Below, in pieces: positions 1 through 41,739 of a stretch of 64,000 nucleotides of DNA. This DNA is from Amoebidium appalachense (Eukaryota > Protista > Ichthyosporea), in NCBI GenBank assembly GCA_963693365.1, contig CAVNZM010000014.1, forward strand, positions 3,596,001-3,660,000. Reading direction: 5' to 3'. The stretch's first letter is position 1. Each line of letters begins with the position of its first letter. The notes beneath the pieces were generated by a model that saw nothing but the letters and a program-made list of their open reading frames with translations, did not search any database and had not been told where the DNA came from. The translations under genes were made by a program, and so were the position numbers.

Positions 1-914
1 ATACCAATGTCCTGTTTGTAGAGGGTATCGCCAAACACAACATATATGTTATCTACAAGGAAACATAGAAAATCCACAAGCTGTGCCTTAGAGAGATGTA
101 GAGAGTGTTCTTTAGGCTCAAAGGAATCATCCTGGGAATCATCATCTACACGATCCACCCAGGACAACGTGGAGCCGGTTTTCTTAATAAACATGTGTGG
201 TTTGCGAGCGTCCGTGCATTTTTTGACAAATATTGCGTCAATCAGTGTAGTGAGGCGAGCTTTCAAATCATGCAAGTCAATCTTGGTGTAGAGTGTGGAA
301 AAATCAAACACAGACACGGGCGTATTTTCGTGTTGGCGTGTGGTACGGTTAAGGGCGTTGATTGTGTGTGTGAGTGCGGTGCTATCCGTGAGAATCCAAG
401 AGCTAGTGTTGTGTGGCAGGTGGGGTTTGACAACATCACACCACATACGTTCGACATCAGGGGAGACGAACTTAAACACACTAGTGAGAAGGCGGGAGAG
501 AGGTTCAAGTGATGTGGCAGAGGAGTTGGCAATGAAACGGAAGGTGGGTGGTGTTTTGTGCATTTTTAATATGGCCTGAAATGTGGGCAAGCGTGCAGTG
601 CGACGTCCTGGTGTGCCTTTTATGTCATGTGTTTTGAGAAATGCAAGGTGTTGTGCAACAATGTCTTTTGGTGCAGTGTTGCAGACGGTGTATGTTGCGG
701 CAGGTGCATGCAGTTCGGCTGTAATGCTGCTAACGTAGTGTTTTTTGCAGACGATCACGAACGTGTTGCTAGCTTTATCCATTGTGGTGACTACGAAACG
801 TTTTTGGAAGCGACGCAGTAGAAGCACAGAAGCTTGTGGTACGGTGTGTGTGTTGGGTGCGTGTTGTGCATATGGCAGGAAGGGGCGACACTTAGTAAAG
901 ACGGCGGCTGCCCA
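1..914 (-). mobile_element. Penelope-like retroelement (Naiad/Chlamys-like clade) reverse transcriptase, 5'-truncated, continues past the window start
   Basis: Manual translation of the minus frame 914->3 gives ~304 stop-free codons with PLE RT motifs: FVVTTMDKASNTFVIVCKKHY, LPTFQAILKMHKTPPTFRFIA, WILTDS, FDFSTLYTKI, FLVDNIYVVFGDTLYKQDIGI. Starts abruptly at the G/C run 916-938. Missing from the ORF track because no stop lies in the window. Confidence 0.9.
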
Positions 915-955
915 CGGGGGGGGGGGGGGGGGGGGGGGGAAGAGCGAAAAGGGAG

Positions 956-1063
<108 letters not shown>

Positions 1064-1158
1064 AGAGAGAGAGAGGGGGGGAGAGAGGGGGAGAGGGGGG
1101 GGGGGTTGTATGTGTGTAGAAGCCAGGTGGGGTGAGGGAGGGCGAGGGGGGCAAAAAC

Positions 1159-2801
1159 CTTTCCAGAACGGTGGTGTATGCGGTAGTAGTGAAGCATGCC
1201 CGGCACAAGCACAAAGTGCCTCTCATGCCACACCTTGAAACTGTCTCGCACCTGTGGCGCATTAAATTTTACATTTAGGTTGGACGATTCATTTGTTGTT
1301 GTTTTTTCCTTCTTCCTTTCTTTCGCACCCCGTCCCCAGGGTTGCACCTCCTACTTTGGCTGGAAGCCAGATCCAATGGGAAGTGTAGGACAGAAATAGC
1401 TACACAGTGTAAGAGAAGTAGATAGCAATAACTGAGGGTACAGGGGACGGAGGGTGGGTTGGTGGGTGGGTGGGTGGAGGGGGGGGGGGGGGGGGGAGGA
1501 AGGGGGGGGGGAAGGGGAGGGGTCCACGAGTGTACTTGCTGGCGCGAGTGTATGTGTGCATGTGTGTGTGTAGGGAGGCAGGAGAGGGGGGGGGGGGGGG
1601 GGGGGGGGGGGGAAGCGGGGAAGGAAGGAGGATGGCAGGCGTGCCAAAGATGATAAGGCTGAAATGGGGCGCTTGTAAGCCAGCAGGACAGAGTGGGAAG
1701 AGGAGCACGAATCGGAATGTGTGCACGTGGATTCCGTTTGATATCCCGTTCCAGAGAACCAGAGGGGGAAGTGTGTGTGTGTTGGGGGGGGGGGGGGGGG
1801 GGGGGGGGGTTGAATGCGGAACACGGTACGAAGTACGCATACACGATGAGAAGCATGGTGCAGGACACATGCAAAGGCAAACATTCAAGTATGCAACATC
1901 AGCCATGTGCACAGTATGCGTCATAAGCAGAGCCCATCCTCAGGGAGGGCCCAAGTCATCAATTGCATCTGAGTTTCGACCCCTTAGCCCGCGTATATAC
2001 GACTCTCCAACTCAGACAGCAGCATCAACTGAACTTGGGAGGGTCAACCCGTCTTGATCAAAGACGAGCAGGGTTGCTTATGCAAGCAAGGTGAGCAAAA
2101 CGGTGAAGATGTGTGTGCAAACTAAAGCAGTGCAGCGAAAAATGCGTAAGTGCTTACAGATGCACGACACAAAGCAACCATGCCCGGTTGCATGGAAGTA
2201 AAGCGGTGTCCACACGGTGGTCTGTCCTGAAAGGACACCTCTGAAAGCAGACTGGGGGGGGGGGGGGGGGGGGGGAGGCGGAAAGGGAGGGAGCGGAGGG
2301 GGAGGGGGGGGGGGGGGGGGAGGGATGAAAGTGAATAAAGAAAAAAATCGGGTGTGAGGGATCAGCATTATGAGACGGCAGTCGGAAGGAGCGAGAGGTA
2401 TGGGTGTAAGAGCCGGGGCTGAAAGGGGAGGGGAGAGGGAAAGAGGAGGGGAGGGAGGGGGGGAGGGGGGGGGGGGTTGAGTGTGCTATTAATATTAAGC
2501 ACGAAGTATACATAAACAAAGAACAACACGATGTAGAGTGCAAACCGCACATAAAGGGTGTGCTTTCTAAGCAGAGCCCATCCTCGGTGGGGGGGGGGGG
2601 GGGGGGGGGGGGGGGAAGGAGGTTGAGGGTACGTGTGTGAGGGCAGGTACATGTGTGTGTGTGTAAGCGCAAGTGCATGCATGCATGCAAGTGTGTTTGG
2701 GGGTGTGTGTGCACATGCATGTGTGCACTTGTGTGTGTGTGTGTATGTGTGCATGTACGTGTGCATGTGCATGCGTGTACGTGTTTGGGGGGCAGGGGGA
2801 A

Positions 2802-2848
<47 letters not shown>

Positions 2849-3491
2849 ACCTTCAAATCGCCCCTTCTGATAACGTTTGGTATGGGCACGTCGTCGGTCG
2901 GCTTGATCTGATAATGGTGGCTGTCAGGAAAAACTTGCTCCCACCACCAAGGAAAAAAAAAGAAGACGAAGAAGAAGGGGGGAAGGGGGGAGGTTTCATG
3001 TGTAAACCAGCACGAAAACAGGACTTGGATGGATGAAACGTGAAGGAATGTGTGTGCGTGTATGTGTGTGTGTGTGGGGGGGGGGGGGGGGGGGGGGGAG
3101 GGGGAGGGGGGGGAGGGGAAGGGGGGAGGACCCGGATGAGGGGGGAGACGGGGGCTGAGAGAAACAGGAACATGGAGACGGAGAAGGGGGGGATGGAGGA
3201 AGAGAGAGGGGCGTTTAGAATACGTTACAAGTATAATGCCCACAACGATGACGGGGCAAACGTTTGCAGTTTTTGCAAATCATACAACAACAAGAAGCAA
3301 GAATAGGCAGAGCCCAGGGAGAAAGAGGAGAAAGAGGGAGAGAGGTGCTGGTGGGGGGGGGAAGAAGAGGAGGAGGAGGAGGAAGAGGAGGAGGAGGGGG
3401 GGGGGGGAAGGGGGGGGGGGGGGGGGGGAGGTGGTGAAGAAGGGGGCTTCGGTGGGCATTATGTTTGGTTGGTTGGGGGGTTTTTTTTTTC

Positions 3492-3533
<42 letters not shown>

Positions 3534-3825
3534 GGGGGGAAGGGGGAGGGGTTTGGGGGTGAGGGGAGGGGGGAGGGTCTGGGGATTGGGAGGGGAGGTG
3601 GCTTGGAGCACATAGCGCAGAAAATGATACAAAAATGCACAATCGGAAAGTTGGGGAGGTGATAGATGTAAATGGCTTGCCTTATTTGGCGGGAAGTCTG
3701 CTTGTGTAAGGTGTGAGGGAGAGCGGGGACGAGGCAAAGTGGGAGGTAAAGTGTGCTTGAGTGGGGGGGGAGGGGGGATGGGGGGAAGGGGGAGGTGTGT
3801 GTATGTGTCATGTGTCAAGTGTGTG

Positions 3826-3887
<62 letters not shown>

Positions 3888-4451
3888 CGCGCGCGTGTGT
3901 ATGAGTGGGAGTGGGAGTGACAGTGTGAGGGAGTGTGCGTGTGTGTGTGTGTGTGGTGGTGGTGGGGGGGGGGGAGAGGGGGGTTGCACACCTCTTTTGA
4001 AAGCTCCCTCTTCTGCTTCTTATAGTCCTTTTTGGCTGCTTTAAGGGATGCCTTTGAACTGGATTGGACGGTTTTCTGCGTGCAGGAAATATGGAATAAG
4101 GTTCGAAATCCCATGATTCTATGATTCATTTCATTATCCCCCCCACACCCCCTCCCCCCTCCCCCCCTCCCATCCTCCCCTCCCCACCCACCCACCCACC
4201 CACCCACCCCCCCACACACACACAAGCTCGCACACGCACGCGGTGCGCGCATCTGGTCAAGGGGTCCAAGAAAGCTCCTCCCATCCACACGGTGAAGTCA
4301 AATGCGTGAGAGCGTTCCGAAAAAGTAAACAACACCTTTCTTCCTCTAACCAGTATATCATTTCCCTTGACAGCCCCGCCCCCCCCCCCCCCCCCCCCCC
4401 ACCACCACCACCACCACCACCACCACCACCACACACACACGCACAAAAAAA

Positions 4452-4486
<35 letters not shown>

Positions 4487-5537
4487 CAAAACTTGCTACT
4501 TCCGTATCCTTCTTATTCCTCCACCTTGTCTTTCTCTCCCTATGTTCCCCCTCTCCCCCCCCCCCCCCCCCCCCCCCCCCCCAACACACACACACCCTTT
4601 CCCCCCTCCTCCCCTCCCCCCTTCCCCCTCTAACATCCCCCCCCCCCCCTCCCCCCCACAAACACCAACAAAAAAGAAGAAGAAGAAGAAGAGGAAGAAG
4701 AAAGGAAACGAAAAGAAGGAAACCAAAAACTTCCCTTTTCATATCTTTTCTTATCCCTCCATCCCCCCCCCCCCCCTCCCCCCCCCCCCCCCCCCCTCCC
4801 CTCCGGTGCATTTCTCCCGTCGCCTCACGCACAAGCGTAGATTGAGAACTCTGCTCGTACCTTTCCTTCCTCATCTCCGTTCCAACCTTGTGAGCTTGGC
4901 GGTCTGCTCTCCACCTGGTTGATCTCATGTTTTCCCGCTGGTGGTGTGCCGACACCACTACTAAGAAAGTTTTGCGAAGTCTGCGAGCTGTTTCTCCGCG
5001 GCAAGGAGGATGTGTTTTCCGTCTTGCTTGTTGCTGGTGTGGAGGATCCAGAAAGTTTTCGCTTAAATTTGTTGGGGTTGGAATGTGTGCGGTGCAGTGG
5101 GCCAGGATCCGCAATTTGCGACTGGAAAGAAAAAAGAAAAAACGGTTTAGCCTATGGAGGGGTAGATTTCTTAACTACTGACCCGAAAAAGGTTAAAACA
5201 GTAGAAACACTTGCCAAAAAAAGAGGGCATATGAAAAAGTGGTTAGGTGTGTGGGATCTTTCTCTCTTTTTACAACAGTTCACACAACTCTGCCTGTTCA
5301 TAAGTCACTAATGTTACGCTAAATGCTCTTTCTTGTCTGCACCTGAGGTAAAGCAGATCTATCTTCTTGAATGCAAATATGATTTCTTTTTGGATCTGTC
5401 GTGCTTTGCTTTTAAGCATGCTTACTAGCCGTATGACCACACGTGTCAGAAAGGCTCATGCCCACACCCTTGCTTGTCAAGTAAAACGTCAACAGCCTCC
5501 CGGTTAGCCATACAAAGCATGTGCACAACTATACACG

Positions 5538-5572
<35 letters not shown>

Positions 5573-5613
5573 GCACACACACACACACACACATAGACAC
5601 AAACACACGCACA

Positions 5614-5700
<87 letters not shown>

Positions 5701-5842
5701 GAAGCATGCACGTACACGCAAGTATACACACACTTCAAATTATAACAAGACCGACACACACCTGAGTTCCTGGCTGCGCAAAAACCGCGCCCACGGCACC
5801 TGGATTTTGCACTTCCTGTTGGAAATGATCGGTGGAAGGCAT
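1159..5842 (-). CDS. Oxysterol-binding-protein-related ORP5/ORP8-like protein, 5' exons (basic helix and start of PH domain); gene continues beyond the left end
   Basis: Phase-compatible exons 5842-5762, 5121-4861, 4075-3992, [3697-3681?], 2920 or 2907-2851, 1251-1159. Translation SKASLKAAKKDYKKQKRELSKE...PNVIRRGDLKVRDSFKVWHERHFVLVPGMLHYY resembles, from memory, ORP8 KESLKVQKKNYREEKKRATKE...DWLKIRGTLKSWTKLWCVLKPGVLLIY. Start codon is tentative. Confidence 0.75.
1810..2253 (-). mobile_element. Poly-C-associated non-coding retroposon, longest young copy (family A)
   Basis: Near-identical to 61534-61968, 63479-63658 and the reverse complement of 49451-49687. Flanked by G/C runs on both sides; fixed end ...CGCATTCAA(C)n. 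Confidence 0.85.
2477..2586 (-). repeat. Diverged short copy of the poly-C-associated repeat
   Basis: Reverse complement reads GAGGATGGGCTCTGCTTA...TTTGCACTCTACATCGTGTT...ACTTCGT...CACTCAA(C)n, like copies at 27993 and 46373. Confidence 0.75.
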
Positions 5843-6884
5843 CTTCCACTTTTGTTTACTACCATAAACTCCGATTAATTGTACAGAATGCTTATATTAT
5901 TATAGCAAAACAAAATCTGAGTGAGAGGGACTAGACAGAGTGTCTAGGGGGTAGATCTCGGCCCAATAGCTTTGCTCCAGTAACCGTCCTGTTGCTATAA
6001 GCTGCAAACTAGTAGTTTAACTATGCACGCCAAATTAACCCCGCCAGTTTCACGTTGTATTTGACGCGACAAAACTGTATCATTCTCGTTTCTATATTGC
6101 GTTCATGACCCGAAACAATTTGAAACGACGGATGCCGAAGCGTCCTTCTCCTCTTGGGATTACACATACATCCGCCTATAAGGTAGTTGCAAAAAGTATA
6201 AATACAATAAACCCAAACTGCTTTATCTAGCTATGCTTTTGCTCATAAATTAATACTAAATTGCTTGTGACAAAATTAACAATTTTACAAGCTAATGTGA
6301 AGGAAACAGTAAGGCAAAAACTTTGAAAAACTGGAGGCATCTAACATGGAAAACTGTGGTTGCTCAGGCCTTGTTGTTCTGGCTCTGTCGACGTCAGGCT
6401 GTCGCGTGTGGCCGTTGTGAGTTTCGGAAGGATCGGAGCTATTTAGATCTAGCCAAATAATTGGTCAATCTAACAAGCCCTTTTTGTTTAACTCAGGCTG
6501 ATCAAATTGTTTTCACCAGCGAATTCTACGTATATTTGTTCAGAGAGAAAGTTATTTATTTCCCATTATAATTAAAAAGGGTTTGATTCGATCTTATAAA
6601 GAGCATTTGGGTCGAATGCTGAAACTGTTTCCTATGTGAGCACCATGCCGGAGAGGATGCTCAAAAAGTTGTCAATCAGGCGCGCAATATTCATTGGTTG
6701 CCACAGTGGCCCGGGAGATCATAGTATGGCTCAATTTCTTTTAAAGAACGCGGGCTTGCCTTTTTTGGGTTAGGAAGGGCACGCAAAAAAAAAAAAAAAA
6801 ATAAAAAATGGTGAGAACACGAGCGCACGCAGGCGCCTGCGCGCATGCTTGCCCTCGAAGCTACAGAGTGTGTGACACCCGGGC

Positions 6885-7098
6885 GTGTCTGTGTGTGTGT
6901 GTGTGTGTGACGTGTGTGTGCGTGTGCGTGTATTATGTGTGTGTGTGTGTCTGTCTGTGTGTGTGTGTGTGACGTGTGTGTGCGTGTGCGTGTATTATGT
7001 GTGTGTGTGTGTCTGTCTGTGTGTGTGTGTGTGACGTGTGTGTGCGTGTGCGTGTATTATGTGTGTGTACGTGTGTGTGTAATTATTATTACTGATAT

Positions 7099-7151
<53 letters not shown>

Positions 7152-7178
7152 CCAGTGGGGATGCATGTGTGTGTGTGT

Positions 7179-7224
<46 letters not shown>

Positions 7225-7225
7225 C
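6885..7225. repeat. Compound (GT)n microsatellite with three ~60-bp higher-order units
   Basis: The unit gtgtgacgtgtgtgtgcgtgtgcgtgtattatgtgt occurs three times. Confidence 0.85.
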
Positions 7226-7791
7226 TTGGCCCAGTATACGTATTGTACACATGCACACGTACGTGGCACAAACACATTTTTACAGAAGGCGGTGTTGTGA
7301 TAAAAAAACGACCCGAGCCACTGTACACAATTTCTGGTAGCGCGTAAATGTTCTCATTGAGCCCCATCATACATGCATTGACCGTTGATAAATGGTCCAT
7401 TTCGACCCTCCTATTTTGAATACACACTGAGTCTCACTATTTACCGTTCTAAATCTAATAATGATTCACCGTGTTCATAATAGCAACATATTGTACCTAT
7501 CTCGTAAAGTTGTTGCAAATTTGATCACCTTTTGCCGCCCCACCCACTCATTCAAAAATACTACCACTCTGACTGCAATATCCAGCCAGCCACTTAATTT
7601 TTTGCACATTCCTATTGGTATGCCTTCCTTGGGTACAGCTTTCGACACAATATGGACAAATCCCACACTATTTTTCCACATTCACAACAATGAGAAACAT
7701 CATATTACTGGCAGTTGCCACCGGATTGAATTTCGATTTTGATTCATGCCATACGGTGAGGTACACCAGTCCCTGTTGGGCGAAAGAGCAG

Positions 7792-11920
<4,129 letters not shown>

Positions 11921-11940
11921 CTATTGAGCCTTCTCATCCC

Positions 11941-12048
<108 letters not shown>

Positions 12049-12933
12049 TGTGCGTGCGTGTGTGTGTGTGTGTGTGTGTGTGTAAGCGTGCGTGCGTGCG
12101 TGCGTGCGTACGTGTGTGCGTGTGTGTTTGAGAGGGGCGGGCGGGCAGGGGGGGGGGGGGGGGGTAGCCAAAAGACGCGGTGAGGAACTTGAAGGTAAAA
12201 TTTGAGAGAAGGGGTTGGTCAAAAACATGAAATGATGCACAAGCCTTGAAGGAGAAAGAGGGTAGCGGGAACAACCTTTGACAAGTATCCGGCTGACAGG
12301 TCACCAAGCACAACCGAAAGAACGCAGACCGATAATGGCTGGCAGCGAAAAAAAACGTAGTGGGTCCAGGACTCCTGCGTCTATGTTTTTGGACACCACC
12401 AAGGTTTGTGTGGAACATAACGCATCGACTCTACACATGTACCTCTATGCCATCTTGTGCAAAAACATGAACAAGTAGGTGGTGCTGTGATGGGATGTAT
12501 GCGGCATGGCCATATGGGATCGAAAGTTGATGGGTGGTTCAACGGATTTGGCGAGCAGAGAAGTGATTACGTGATCAAGATAGTTTCGAAGTAATCAATA
12601 AATCACTAAAGAAGTTTTCGAGTTGTCTATACTACTAACTTATCCTCGTAGATGGCAAAACGCGAAATAAAAGAGTGCCATGAAGAAAACATCACGGTGA
12701 CAGCTGATTCACCACGAACACTTTCTGCCTCTCGGCGGTAGAGGTCATTCGTTTACCTTGCAGAAAGAAGCATTTCCGAAAGAAAATTCAGGGCGAGCGG
12801 TTTTCTACGATGCTCCTAACAGCGTAGCTGTGGTGTACTGATAACCGCGCTTCGAAGCTTTTCATCCTACTCCCGGGCCCAGCTCCTACACCTAGCATAC
12901 GAAGAAACCAGCAAGTGCCAGTCTCTGCGACAA

Positions 12934-14380
12934 ATGGATACTACCATGTTAGAGCTGCAGTCAGGTAAGGACCATGTTTGCCGTCGGAGGATTATGAACA
13001 AGACAACGGTTAACATTATAGAACTCGCAACTTTCTTTTTACCATATGTTCGTGCCATGCATTATCTGTTCACGAAATTAAGTCGGTTCTTTTCCTGCAG
13101 GAATCAAGCGCCCTCTCTTTGCCCAGTGCGCCTATACAGACCGTGGGCTGAGGGAGGAGCAAGAACAGACAGATCACCCCCGTTGCAAGGCCACACCTCG
13201 ACGCACCCTACCCACCCCACCATCCATTTCACAAGACACTTGGAGACAGCAAAGTGACCACCAGAATGCTAGCCATCACACAACACAAGGGAGAGATGAG
13301 GCATCAGAGAGTGCATGGGAACACACGAGTCGACAGAAAGGCACCCCCCCCCCCCTCCCCCCCCCCCCCGCTCTCTCTCTCCCCACCCTCCCCCACTCTC
13401 ACCCCTTGACCGTCCCTCCACCCCCTTCCTCTCCCTTCCACCCCCCTCCCCTCTTCCCCCGCCCCAACTCCTCCCCTCCCTCCCCCCCCCCCCCCCCCCC
13501 CCCCCCCCTCACCCCCCGCCCCCCCACCTACCCTGCCCTCGCACCTATCCCCACATGGCACATAAACATCTCAGTTCCGGCACCACTGCCACCTCCTTAA
13601 AGCCCCGAGTTTTTAAGCGTCCAGACACTCCTGCTTGTTTTCCGTTATTCTAGATTGCGGCTTGATTCTGTAACATGTTATCTTTGGTCGGTGCACGTCA
13701 TTTTCGATATGGAAATTGCGCGTATGCATGGCTCTGTTGCTACGTGTAAGTGTTCTTTTGTGTGTGTGGTTGTGCGTGCCTAGGTTTGCACCTATGACAG
13801 AAATAACAGGACAGGCGACCTATCACCAACTAGACCTGACCTCTCTGGCCCCCTCAACCCCCCCCCCCCCCCCCCTCCCCCCGTGCACCTACCCACGCCC
13901 GCAACCTGCAAAACACACCCACCTACCCACCGATCCCCTTTCCCCCCCCCTTCCCCCCGCTTCACACACACATGCACACCCACACACCCCCACACCCACA
14001 AAACATCAGATTCCACACCTGTAGCACACTCAACATCCTCAGACACGACCGCCAGCACCCCCTCTGAGAGCTTCTTCCCGGGCATCGACCGGCCCTTTGC
14101 CCTCAGCCATTGGAGGCGACGTCCCGTGGTGGATGAAAGACTACAGACAGATTCCTTGTTCAGAATCAACAAGCCACACAGTTATCAACGGGCAGCACTG
14201 ACCAACATGAAATCGGTACATGTACACACACCAGCAGCTGCAGAGAGTGTGGATTCGAGGGTGCTACCATATTGGGAGTTGACGTGGAATGGAGGAAAAT
14301 TGCTTGAAGGAGGAATGGCGACGGGGCCTGTTACGGGTGATAATATTTTTCTATTTCGTGGAGTGGCTCATGGCCAGTGA
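12934..14380 (+). CDS. Hypothetical protein (~208 aa), tentative 3-exon model
   Basis: Exons 12934-12964 (TCAG|gtaagg), 13101-13340, 14025-14380 join in phase 1 without stops, but the second donor is a weak GC (AAAG|gcaccc). No recognised domain. Confidence 0.3.
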
Positions 14381-14407
14381 GATTTACTAGGGCAGTAAGG
14401 CGGAATG

Positions 14408-14441
<34 letters not shown>

Positions 14442-14614
14442 CCCATCCACATACATACACACACATGCATAATCCCCCCCCCCCCCCCCCCCCCCTCCTT
14501 CCCCCCGGCTGCCAAACTCCAAACACCGTGTACACACACAACTTATGAAACCTCGTGCCATTCTCCAAGCACGCAAATCCGCCTGACCCCCCCCCCCCCC
14601 CCCTCCCTCCTCCC

Positions 14615-14645
<31 letters not shown>

Positions 14646-16621
14646 AAAAAAAAAAAAAGAACTGCACAAGCCAGCCACTAACATACAGGCACGGATGGAC
14701 ACATAACCTTACCAAAGGGTTCTGTATGAGCGGTGTTGTACACAAACCCAAATACTGTGACCTAGTTAGGAAGGCTCTGTAAAACTATTTCGTCACTGCT
14801 CTTTTTAGTGTGCGAGAACGCGCGGTCTGGCATGGTTTTGGAAAACAGGTATGTAGGCTTTTGAGTTGGTATAGCGGGAATTCATAAGCATGTGAAATGA
14901 TGCACTGCATGACATCTTTAAAGCTTGTGATATGAAACACTGCATGAAATATATTTATTATTATAGATGGAATGAAGGATATTCGCTAAAGAAACTCAGT
15001 GTTAGTGCTTCTGTCAATGACCAAGGCTTCTGGCTGCAGTCTGGTTCCTTTAACCATTCTCACTCAATTTTTTTTTTCAACACACTAACGTTCAGCGTAG
15101 GTTTCATCACAAGTTCATGTGGTGAAACAGGCAACCATGTAAGTCTAAACCTAAGGCATGTGTATTGGGTTGTCAGGCAGACTGAGTGGGTAGCAAATTT
15201 AAGATTAACCAGTGTATGCACGTGTATTACACGTATGTCCAAGTGTATTCATGTGTACACAATGTTGTAGTGTTTTGGCTGAAAGCCATGCATACGTGAT
15301 ATCATTGATTGTGTTGGCAGTTACGGCCTGGGAATTGAGGTCTTGAGGTTTGATTTCAGTGACCTTCCATTTTAGCCGCTCCAATTTAGCAATAAACGAG
15401 TTACGTGTAATTTTGCTTGCTATAACTGCTAATGATGTGCTTGTTCCGGGCTCGTTGATATAGTTGCTAGCCAAAGTCAAGCATGGATAGCTTCGGTTTT
15501 CAGCCCCTCCTTTCCTCTTCGCTCCATCTCCCCCTCCCTCACTCACTACCCCGCTGAGTGAGAAACCCCCAAGGCCTCCTATATACTACATAATTGTTAG
15601 GCCTTGCCATGACTCCTTCCTTGATCACCCTGGGCTCTTCGTTTATCGCGGCTAGGGGGTCTAGACTAACATCCGATCTTCTAGAAACTTTGTAAGTTTG
15701 TAACAAATCATTTAAAAAAGAACAAAATTGTAATTGTGTGCATTTAATTAAACAAATAGCTTCTATGCATGATAAAAACGCCATAATTTATACCCATGCA
15801 GTGTCTGTGCCTCTAAATTCTAAATATATATAATAACGTTATACTCAAATTTTTGGAGGGGGGCCTAAAAGATGAAGTTGTAAGAGATTCACTGTCGTGT
15901 TTGATTGGCTGCTTTTCCCGATTAGGCGATCCTAGGCTCATGAGCAATGACTCTGTCTGAGCGTGCAAACAAAACATGTTCTTCGAATTCACTTGTGAAC
16001 GTTATTATAATTGTCTCTTTTCAACTAAAGGGTGTAACACGTAAGTAAAGATTAGTAGAGGCTGCTGGAATATGTGGGGGATGAAGAGACACAGGGCTGT
16101 GTTCTTTTAGTGTTTTGATATTGTAGCCAAAACCAAAAACTTTGCATCGTTTGTGGCTCGTACGCACACACAGTAGCTTATCTACCTTGCACATCACGAA
16201 GTGATTGTACATGATCATTATTAAGTGGTAACGAACATTATTTGGGCGCTAGTATACGCATCCGCTCCTGAAGCTTGAGTATTCGACCGTTTTTTTCGGA
16301 GATTCGGTGAACGGGAGAACCTGACGTGTGTTAAAGCAATGAACTGCAAGCAACAAGCAACCCTTTGTATAGAGTGAAACTAACCACATCGCTGAACCAC
16401 TTGCTGCCGTTCAAATTTTTTGTTTGTTTGAAAGATCAGTGGCGATTCCATAGCCATCAAACCCAGCTAGCCTTTCAATAAACGATCGTGGGTGCACTTC
16501 AGTGCTTCTTATACACGGTCTCATTACCCACAATTTGAGGCTCAGAACCCCGGGTGTCTACTACTGCCATGGGAGATGCACCAATGTGGCGTTTTTTCGC
16601 AAAAGTGGCGCTGGTTCGGTG

Positions 16622-41372
<24,751 letters not shown>

Positions 41373-41658
41373 CGGCATGATCCCTACTACCATCCCACTT
41401 TCAGGAGGGAAGGAGAGGATATATGGGGGGGGGGGGGGGGGGGGGGGGAGGGGGGTTCAGAAGGCTTTTGAATGGACTGCCCTTAGGTTTGTTGTAGTAA
41501 ATGATAGTTCTGTGGTTGCCTAAAGTTTCGTGGTTGTTTGACGACGGCTTGTGTAACCGAATGACGTGACTGTTTGCTATAGGTGTGTGATACTGGTTGT
41601 GTGCAGTTGATAAACCCTACCTCCCCCCAACACACCCACACCAACCCCCACACACACG

Positions 41659-41689
<31 letters not shown>

Positions 41690-41708
41690 ACACCCTCCAC
41701 CCCCCCCC

Positions 41709-41739
<31 letters not shown>

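Noticed and set aside
46-821. Plus-strand ORFs 46-291, 105-512, 295-579 and 627-821
   Set aside because: Antisense shadows of the Penelope-like RT frame.
5880-6800. tRNA, snRNA or transposon in the repeat-free stretches (also 14800-16450 and 51420-52900)
   Set aside because: No cloverleaf, Sm site or TIR pair recognised; probably promoter or UTR sequence.
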